The translations under genes and the position numbers were made by a program. Positions 57,081-64,000 of a stretch of 64,000 bases of DNA are shown in pieces. This DNA is from a virus: the IMG/VR virus record IMGVR_UViG_3300009104_000017, positions 3,308 to 67,307 of that record; one strand, written 5' to 3'. Position 1 is the stretch's first letter. Each line of letters starts with the position of its first letter. The notes under the pieces were generated by a model. The model was not told where the DNA came from. It did not search any database and worked only from the letters and a program-made list of their open reading frames with translations.

Positions 57081-57424
57081 GCAGCTTCTACTCCTCCTAC
57101 AATTCGGCCAGATATTTGCCATCTGAGCGTTGTAGGTAGTTTCTTTAAGTCATCTGGATTTAACGATTTTCCTTCAGGGTTCATTTCATTTGCTTTAGCA
57201 ATCATACATCTAACCCTTTCTTGAGCTAATTCTTTATAAAACTCATTTACTTCATCTGATGGTGTTCCATCATCAGGTATACTCATTTTAGGTTCTTCTG
57301 ATTCTACAAGTTCACACCATTGAATAGGTAAAACCTTTCCTGCGTATTCTATCTCAGTGCTCTGCACTGTTTCTGTCATTGCGACCAAATCGTCTATGGT
57401 CCACATTTGCTTTTCTTCGGACAT
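57062..57424 (-). CDS. tail assembly chaperone (gpG-like)
   Basis: Between tail tube and tape measure genes; AGGAG RBS. Confidence 0.7.
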   Translation of the reverse strand: MSEEKQMWTIDDLVAMTETVQSTEIEYAGKVLPIQWCELVESEEPKMSIPDDGTPSDEVNEFYKELAQERVRCMIAKANEMNPEGKSLNPDDLKKLPTTLRWQISGRIVGGVEAADFTTG

Positions 57425-57449
57425 TTCTTTTTTTCTCCTTTTTTTATAA

Positions 57450-57641
57450 TCAGTGATATCGTTTTTCGACTTCACCATTATCGTAAACTATGTTGGTATA
57501 TCCTATACCTTCTATTCTTTTAACTTCTTTTCGTCCCTGTTGAACAGGTTCTGGTTCAGGAGTAGGTTCAGGAACAGGCTCTTCTTCAAGAACCTCTTCC
57601 TCTACTTCCTCGACCATTTCTTTTTTATCTTTCTTGGCCAT
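57450..57641 (-). CDS. acidic Pro/Glu-rich small protein
   Basis: GGTGA RBS. Confidence 0.6.
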   Translation of the reverse strand: MAKKDKKEMVEEVEEEVLEEEPVPEPTPEPEPVQQGRKEVKRIEGIGYTNIVYDNGEVEKRYH

Positions 57642-57650
57642 TTAATCACC

Positions 57651-58277
57651 TTATAGTTCGTCTGATGGTGTTAAAGTAGTATGAGCTGCTGTAACTATCT
57701 TAGGGTCTACTTGTGAAATAAATTCCATTGTTTCTTCTGTTACTCCATCTACATTTAAAGACACAGAGTGTGAAGCAATAGTTGCATTCCTTATAACGAA
57801 AATTTCACCACTACTTTTTAATTGTATATGTATACGATAACCATACTGTTGTGTTGGTTTTTCTAAGCCAGTGTAAACATTAGTTGCACTGCCTGCTGTA
57901 ATATCACCAGAACATCCCCATCTTAGTGTGTTAGTTCCGTCACCATTAAAAATAACATCCCATACAGAGTCTAGTTTCTTTTTTGTTAATGTTAAAGTTG
58001 TTTCTTTTTTAATTTCTGCCTTAAGAACAGTTCTTAATCCCATGAATGTTATATCTTCATCGGTTGCTCCTATACCAAGGTCCACACCTGTTAGGTCAGT
58101 TACTTGAGCTTCTGAGTGCATTGGAGAACTTCTTGGTTTAGCAAATACTGTTTGTCCAGAACCATGTGTTCCTGTACTAGTTATTGTTAAATCAGTATCA
58201 TGTACATATACATTTGTTGCTGCTGTTGATTCATTTGCTATATAGACTTTTACATCTCTTCCTAAATAATATGCCAT
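57651..58277 (-). CDS. tail tube protein paralog 2
   Basis: MAYYLGRDV...IGATDEDI...LKAEIKKET...SLNVDGVTEET. Confidence 0.75.
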   Translation of the reverse strand: MAYYLGRDVKVYIANESTAATNVYVHDTDLTITSTGTHGSGQTVFAKPRSSPMHSEAQVTDLTGVDLGIGATDEDITFMGLRTVLKAEIKKETTLTLTKKKLDSVWDVIFNGDGTNTLRWGCSGDITAGSATNVYTGLEKPTQQYGYRIHIQLKSSGEIFVIRNATIASHSVSLNVDGVTEETMEFISQVDPKIVTAAHTTLTPSDEL

Positions 58278-58279
58278 GT

Positions 58280-58927
58280 TTATAGGTCTCCTGCATCTGT
58301 AGCACCTAAGCAATCTGCATCTGCTGCCTTGATTAATGGGTCTACATAAGACATAAGTTCTAATGTCTCTTCAGTTGTACCGTCTACATTTAATGATAAT
58401 GTATGACCGGTAATACAACAGTTTCTTAATACAAATATTTCACTGCCGTTTTTAAGTTTAACATAAACTCTGTAGCCATAATTAACATCGTCAGGTGCTC
58501 CTGCTATGTTACTTCTTATACCTGTACCTGCTGAGTTTAAACCAGAGCGGGCACCATTAAAAAGGGCTTCCCATGCATCATTTTCCTTTTTACGGGTTAG
58601 TGTGACTGAGGTCTCCTTTTTAATTTCTGCTTTCAAGGTCGTTCTTTGACCAAAGTACACTATATCTTCGTCTGTAGCACCAATACTCAAATCACAAGCA
58701 GTTAAACTTGCAATTTCATTTGAGTAGTCGTTGGAATTATCTGTCTGTGTACCGAAGACAGTTGTTCCAGTGTCTGCATTATCTTTTCGTGGACCGGCAA
58801 CAAGAGTACCGCCAGCGTATGCTCCGCTAGCTTGATATGTTGCTACTCCTGATGTGGATATTATAAAATCTCCACTATCTTCAGATGTTAGGGCTACTAC
58901 TACATCTCTTCCTAGGAAATATACCAT
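58280..58927 (-). CDS. tail tube protein paralog 1
   Basis: MVYFLGRDV...IGATDEDI...LKAEIKKET...SLNVDGTTEET; own promoter. Confidence 0.75.
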   Translation of the reverse strand: MVYFLGRDVVVALTSEDSGDFIISTSGVATYQASGAYAGGTLVAGPRKDNADTGTTVFGTQTDNSNDYSNEIASLTACDLSIGATDEDIVYFGQRTTLKAEIKKETSVTLTRKKENDAWEALFNGARSGLNSAGTGIRSNIAGAPDDVNYGYRVYVKLKNGSEIFVLRNCCITGHTLSLNVDGTTEETLELMSYVDPLIKAADADCLGATDAGDL

Positions 58928-59006
58928 GTTTTCACCATATTTATAAACGCCTCGCGATGGCGTCCTATAACTTTAGCAGGCACTAGTATATAAAGCTTTC
59001 GCTGAA

Positions 59007-60617
59007 TTACCCTAAATTCAGCCCTTCTTCTATTCCTATATATGGTGCTGCCCAAAAAATTCCACCATATTTATTATATTTAACAGCTTTTCTATAAACT
59101 GCATCTTGAATCTCCTTCTCTTTACCAGTCAAATTCTTTTGTGTAAGTTCTCCTATCCTATCTATAATACCATCAACATACTCCTTTCCAATTTTAGGAG
59201 AAAAGCTAACTGCTGTTTTATGAGTTATACCTTGATTCATATTATTTAATGTTTGCATAGTCATTGAGTTATGTTTAGTTATAGTCCCAGTGTTTTTACC
59301 ATATTGATGAGCAAAACCTATTTGTTGATTAAGACTGTTTCTTAATGACTTCGTTGTCATACTACTCTTAAAATCACTAATCATTGCTTGTCCTGCTTCT
59401 ATACCACTAACAGATTTTACTGAATTTACTGTAAAGTGAAACTTATTATCCATCTCTAAATCTATTTTAAAATACTTCTTCTGACCAGTTTGTTTATCTA
59501 CTTTATTATTTGCTCTTAATATGTCAGTCCATTCTGAATTTGCCTGTTTAGCTCCAAAACCTTTAATCTTATCTGCTATCTCGTGCTTTATTCTTCTTAT
59601 TATTTTTGGTGATATTTCAGCAGCTATACCTTTTGCTAAGTCACCACTGCTTTGTTTTATAACATGTGTACCAGCAGCCTTAGTCGAAGGTTTTTTACCA
59701 GTTTTAGTTTTTAAATCCTTCTTTGCCTTTTCAATAAGTTTATCAACTGTTTTATTCCATACGTTTATAGCATGATTATCTAAAACTGTTTTGAGTGCTT
59801 GATTTGTTTTCTTATCTTCACTAGAAACTGGAGGATATCCATGTCTTTCGTCCATCTGCATTTCAGATATTTCTGCCGGTCCCCCCTCAAATTTCATATC
59901 ACGGGGTTCTGCTTTTACTTCTGCGTCATATTTGTCTACTTTTTCTAACTCTCCACCCTTAAATACTACCTCACCCACTGCTTTACCTACATCTTCTACT
60001 TCTTTAGGGTCTATAAAATCAGCTTTATCAATCCCAAGAGTGTCTGATGCCCAGCGTGACATATTACCTCCTGCTGAAGAAAAACTACCCTTATACCATT
60101 TTTCTGCTCGTCCAAAATTAAAATTATTACTTATTATAGCTTGAGCTAAAGCTTTAGGTCCACCTTTAGGTCTATTATACCATACAAAATTACCTCTAAG
60201 TTGGAACTTTTTCATTGTGTCTTCAAGTCTTGATGCATCATCATATATCTTTTTACCATCTTCACCTTTCTTAGGCTCCATTCTCGCATCAGCCCAGCCA
60301 GCAGCACGGTGTTTACGTCCGAATAAACTACCTCTATAATCTTCTGTTTCAAACCCTTCACCATATTCACTCTCAGCTATGTGTTCTGCCTGTTTCCAAG
60401 TTTTAGTAACTTTTTGTTCATCTAATATATCTAACGTTTCATTCTTACCTCTCTTATCTACAACAGCCTGAACGTGTTTAATAAAGGATTCGTTATAACC
60501 TCTGGCAGCAACTCCTCTAGCAGATTTACTTTTATGAAAAGCTCTTTGTGGGGAACCAGATGTTAATAATGGAAACCAGCCTGTATGGATTGTTGTTCCT
60601 ATGTATTTCTTTGACAT
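59007..60617 (-). CDS. basic 536-aa morphogenesis-region protein of unknown function
   Basis: Between neck and tail tube genes. Confidence 0.6.
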   Translation of the reverse strand: MSKKYIGTTIHTGWFPLLTSGSPQRAFHKSKSARGVAARGYNESFIKHVQAVVDKRGKNETLDILDEQKVTKTWKQAEHIAESEYGEGFETEDYRGSLFGRKHRAAGWADARMEPKKGEDGKKIYDDASRLEDTMKKFQLRGNFVWYNRPKGGPKALAQAIISNNFNFGRAEKWYKGSFSSAGGNMSRWASDTLGIDKADFIDPKEVEDVGKAVGEVVFKGGELEKVDKYDAEVKAEPRDMKFEGGPAEISEMQMDERHGYPPVSSEDKKTNQALKTVLDNHAINVWNKTVDKLIEKAKKDLKTKTGKKPSTKAAGTHVIKQSSGDLAKGIAAEISPKIIRRIKHEIADKIKGFGAKQANSEWTDILRANNKVDKQTGQKKYFKIDLEMDNKFHFTVNSVKSVSGIEAGQAMISDFKSSMTTKSLRNSLNQQIGFAHQYGKNTGTITKHNSMTMQTLNNMNQGITHKTAVSFSPKIGKEYVDGIIDRIGELTQKNLTGKEKEIQDAVYRKAVKYNKYGGIFWAAPYIGIEEGLNLG

Positions 60618-61127
60618 CTATCTTTTATTTAGGAAATATATCTCAAACTCTGCTGTTGCTCCATGCCATTTGAGAGTATCAACAAAACCTATATCCCTCC
60701 ATGAATCTAGGTGTCTTTCTAAAATTTCTAACTCTTCTTCTTCATAGACTCCCCAATCAATCTCCATAACAGAATTAGCTATATTTAACATCAACCAATT
60801 AACTAATCTACGTTGTTTATATTTTGTTCCACCTATGTCTATTTCAGTATCATTATCCACTACAATGTGTACTAAAAAAGATACACCATATACTTCACCA
60901 CTACCTGTTGTAGAATCTTGTCCAAACGTAATTGAATCTCCATGAAACTTTTCCTCAAAACCGGAAGCTACCTGTTGTACTATTATAGTAGGAAATTTCA
61001 TATCTTCTGTATTAGGAAACTGTCCGTGTACGTATATATCACTACCACTAGCAGTTGCTCCATTTATCTTATCACTTATACCCATCATCAGGGCTCTCTC
61101 TATTACATTTAAATAATCCTTAGCCAT
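60618..61127 (-). CDS. probable tail terminator/completion protein
   Basis: Acidic 169 aa; FPTIIV motif; position. Confidence 0.55.
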   Translation of the reverse strand: MAKDYLNVIERALMMGISDKINGATASGSDIYVHGQFPNTEDMKFPTIIVQQVASGFEEKFHGDSITFGQDSTTGSGEVYGVSFLVHIVVDNDTEIDIGGTKYKQRRLVNWLMLNIANSVMEIDWGVYEEEELEILERHLDSWRDIGFVDTLKWHGATAEFEIYFLNKR

Positions 61128-62121
61128 ATGCTCTTCTCCTGCTTGTTCTGTCTCCTCTTACTCTAACAGCATTTATTTTCATATATTCATCTCTATAGTC
61201 TTTAATAGTCTCTAGGCTCCATTCAGCACTCTTATATATATTAATATCTTTAAGCTCTATAGAGTTAGAGCTTGATGTAGCAATTACTAGGGAGCTTAAA
61301 TAATTATTATTATCTCCATAAAGCTTATCTACATCTAGAGTTACGGTAGAAGCTGTAAATGTCAACCCCGTCCCGTTCTGATATACTTCTTTTGTACTAC
61401 TAGCGGTTATATCTCTAATAGGTAAATCTATTAGTAACCAGTCTGTAGGAGTACATGTATCAGTTGCTGTCCATACCAGTGATTTACTAGCACCACCTTC
61501 TGTTCCATTAAGTGTAATTGATGTTATGTTGTCTGCTGTCTTAATTTTAAATTGAATTCTATCTACTTCGTAGCCCGGATTATAAGTAGAGCCTGATGAA
61601 ATAGTTATTGTTTGATTACCAGTAGATGTTATATCACTAGGTGTGTATACTGCTCTTTCTATATCTATAAATTTATCGTAAGTTTCAAATTCATCAAATT
61701 GATTTGTTTCACTAAAATTATCTAACTGTCTTATTGTTGCTAAAGAGGGTGCGTAAAAGCTACATTCTCCTGAGATTCTAGCCCCTGTTCTACCTAGTAT
61801 ACCAGAACGGCTAATAACGGGCGTTTGAAGCACTTTTAAGCCTCCTATCGTTAACTCTGGTGTACTCATATGGTAGACCGTGTCAACAGCACTACCGTCG
61901 ATTGTTGTATTGTCGGAAGATTCATACCCAAAATTAACAGCAGGGCCTGATAAGGCATCAGTTCTAACACCATCTTTATTTGTGTCTTTTGTTGTTCTTG
62001 TTGATTTATTAAAAATAGCATCTCTTTGAAATAATACTTCTCTTACATTGCTAGTGCGGTAACTAAGGTGCCTTAATACTTTAGGCATGTTAAATGTACC
62101 TGTCTTTACCGTGCTAACCAT
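61120..62121 (-). CDS. probable head-closure protein with inserted beta domain
   Basis: Position after adaptor. Confidence 0.45.
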   Translation of the reverse strand: MVSTVKTGTFNMPKVLRHLSYRTSNVREVLFQRDAIFNKSTRTTKDTNKDGVRTDALSGPAVNFGYESSDNTTIDGSAVDTVYHMSTPELTIGGLKVLQTPVISRSGILGRTGARISGECSFYAPSLATIRQLDNFSETNQFDEFETYDKFIDIERAVYTPSDITSTGNQTITISSGSTYNPGYEVDRIQFKIKTADNITSITLNGTEGGASKSLVWTATDTCTPTDWLLIDLPIRDITASSTKEVYQNGTGLTFTASTVTLDVDKLYGDNNNYLSSLVIATSSSNSIELKDINIYKSAEWSLETIKDYRDEYMKINAVRVRGDRTSRRRAYG

Positions 62122-62128
62122 AATAACC

Positions 62129-62599
62129 TCAATTTATATTCCTTGGTTTTTGTCTAACATTTAAAGTACTACTTGAACCATCAATATTTTTCTTCCAATC
62201 TACATCACCAAGTGTTGGGTCTGCATTATATGTACTAGTTTTGATGCTTAATGCATTCTTCTGTAATAATGCTTCATTAGCCATATCTAAGTATTTACCA
62301 TATGGGTCTTCGTCATTATAAGATATGAATATATCTCCTATCTTCATATTCTCTATGCCTACTCCATTCTGAGCTATACTTGCTAGATATGAACTATAAT
62401 ACGTTACTGCTTGGTCTTGTAAATCATTAGTATTAACAGTATAAGTTGTGCTTTCTTGTTCTTCTAACCATTCAATAGCCATAGTCATTAATACTGACAA
62501 ATCTGAGTCATCCATCTCGGTTGCCTGAATACCTGTCAATAATCTAACACGGCTACCTATTTTATCTAAGGTCATTACTGAATCTCTACTTATTGCCAT
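62129..62599 (-). CDS. probable head-tail adaptor
   Basis: RVRLLTG...DDSDL, KIGDIFISY pattern. Confidence 0.6.
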   Translation of the reverse strand: MAISRDSVMTLDKIGSRVRLLTGIQATEMDDSDLSVLMTMAIEWLEEQESTTYTVNTNDLQDQAVTYYSSYLASIAQNGVGIENMKIGDIFISYNDEDPYGKYLDMANEALLQKNALSIKTSTYNADPTLGDVDWKKNIDGSSSTLNVRQKPRNIN

Positions 62600-62600
62600 T

Positions 62601-62816
62601 TTATATTACTCCCATTAGCATCGCTCCGCTACCAGTAGCTGCTGTTAATGCAACACCTACCCACCAGCGCATTTGATTTCTAATATCGTTCTCCCACGTT
62701 TCGTGGTGTGCTAGATGATTTGTGAAAAGAGTTTCGAATTTTTCCATTCTGTTAAAGATGGTCTTTACTCGCTCATCCACTCGAATCATCAATTCTTCTC
62801 TTTCCCAATCGTCCAT
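62601..62816 (-). CDS. small coiled-coil plus TM protein
   Basis: TNHLAH motif, C-terminal hydrophobic helix. Confidence 0.6.
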   Translation of the reverse strand: MDDWEREELMIRVDERVKTIFNRMEKFETLFTNHLAHHETWENDIRNQMRWWVGVALTAATGSGAMLMGVI

Positions 62817-62818
62817 GT

Positions 62819-63010
62819 TTATAAATTATCCTCTACGTATTTTTTTACTTCTGGCTGTGTTACTGCTATTGCATGTAATACACCAAATAGTTGCGCTTCT
62901 GTCACTTCACTAGAAATGTCTCCATCAGCTAATAAATTATTTAGCTTGGTGTTCGCTTCTGTCTTACGTTCTTCTATTTTCGCTAATATTTCCGTTTTTG
63001 TTATTGCCAT
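62819..63010 (-). CDS. hypothetical protein
   Basis: AGGAG RBS. Confidence 0.6.
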   Translation of the reverse strand: MAITKTEILAKIEERKTEANTKLNNLLADGDISSEVTEAQLFGVLHAIAVTQPEVKKYVEDNL

Positions 63011-63028
63011 TTTATTTACTCCTGTTTA

Positions 63029-64000
63029 TCATGAATAACTCTGAATTACTCCACCTGTTACTGCCGCTGTATATGAACCTATAGCCATAACATCACCAGT
63101 CATAACATTAGCAACCCATGCAGTTGCTACTTCGAAATCGTCATCTGTTCCACTGCTGCTTCCGCCAGAACCAGCTTCTCCTTTCTGTCCTTTAGAACCT
63201 TGAGAACCTGTAGAACCTGTAGGTCCTGCACTTCCTTGAGGTCCAGTAGAACCAGTTGCTCCTTTCTGTCCTTTAGAACCTTGTGGTCCTGTAGAACCAG
63301 TGTCACCTTTGTCACCTTTACTTCCTTGTGGTCCAGTTGGTCCAGTTGGTCCTGTACTTCCTGTAGAACCAACTTCTCCTTTTTGTCCTTTAGAACCTCC
63401 GCCTCCACCGCCTCCGGCTTCACCTTTTTGTCCTTTCTGTCCAACAGGGTTGAAAGATATTGTAACTGTATCATCTTCTGAGAATGGTACTGATGTACCA
63501 GTAGATGCAGTGTGTGATACTGCTATAGCGTATTCAGTAAGTCCACCAGAACTTCCAGTTAACCATGCTGATGCACTTGCTCGTAAAATAACAAAATCAG
63601 ATGCATCTCCATCTTTAACAAAACGTATATCAACTTCTTGGTTACCAGAACCTAAGTCGTCTAACCAATCGTCTATACTGTTAGAAGAATCATCTGTATG
63701 ATATTCATTAACATATACTGTAGTTATACTTGCATTAGTACCACTATTGAATTGGAACTGTCCTTTGGCTGTTTCTGTAGCACCAGTTCCGGGTTTAAAT
63801 ATATATTGTGGTCCAGCAGGCGTACCTGTTGGTCCTTTTGGTCCTGCACTTCCAGTTGGTCCAGTTGGTCCTGCACTTCCTTGAGGTCCTGCGCTTCCTT
63901 GAGGTCCTGTACTTCCAGTAGGTCCTTGAGGTCCTGTAGAACCAGTAGCTCCTTTAGAACCTTGAGGTCCAGTGCTTCCTTGAGGTCCTGTACTTCCTTG
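63029..64000 (-). CDS. collagen-like fibre protein (5' end outside window)
   Basis: Open frame with two Gly-X-Y tracts ([12 protein letters not shown]..., GQKGQKGE...GSKGDKGD) around a globular domain; missed by ORF track because the start is outside. Confidence 0.92.
   Translation of the reverse strand, partial: QGSTGPQGSTGPQGSKGATGSTGPQGPTGSTGPQGSAGPQGSAGPTGPTGSAGPKGPTGTPAGPQYIFKPGTGATETAKGQFQFNSGTNASITTVYVNEYHTDDSSNSIDDWLDDLGSGNQEVDIRFVKDGDASDFVILRASASAWLTGSSGGLTEYAIAVSHTASTGTSVPFSEDDTVTISFNPVGQKGQKGEAGGGGGGGSKGQKGEVGSTGSTGPTGPTGPQGSKGDKGDTGSTGPQGSKGQKGATGSTGPQGSAGPTGSTGSQGSKGQKGEAGSGGSSSGTDDDFEVATAWVANVMTGDVMAIGSYTAAVTGGVIQSYS

Noticed and set aside
63127-63701. ORF-track proteins 63127-63474, 63200-63481 and 63300-63701
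   Set aside because: Shadow frames of the collagen repeat; the real frame is 63029-64000 on the minus strand
1-64000. Canonical tRNA/rRNA genes and integrase
   Set aside because: No cloverleaf with a TTC loop and no recombinase motifs recognised by eye; a tRNAscan run is still advisable

Overview
This window holds most of a tailed dsDNA virus genome (siphovirus-like). It most likely infects an archaeon: TATA/BRE-type promoters (GAAAGCTTTATATA) recur, and it encodes aIF-1A, an archaeo-eukaryotic primase and PolB. The overall content resembles Marine Group II/Poseidoniales 'magroviruses' (inference). Layout: 1-9 kb minus-strand head and packaging genes (cement protein, protease/scaffold, portal, terminase, Cas4-like nuclease); 9.2-15 kb repeat-rich early region of microgenes, conserved hairpins and stacked TATA boxes; 15-44.5 kb plus-strand replication, metabolism and modification genes; 44.5-64 kb minus-strand tail and neck genes ending in a collagen-like fibre cut by the window edge. 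No major capsid gene is recognisable; it probably lies beyond the left edge. Main highlights: (1) an apparently complete animal-type collagen lysine-modification pathway (PLOD-like lysyl hydroxylase, two COLGALT-like GT25 domains, a circularly permuted PLOD-type glycosyltransferase, three more 2OG-Fe(II) oxygenases) with an X-Lys-Gly collagen substrate; (2) a ~735-nt end-paired structured ncRNA candidate plus several smaller promoter-delimited ones; (3) a modular hairpin/promoter cassette array with DtxR-like boxes. All calls come from reading motifs by eye; no searches were run.
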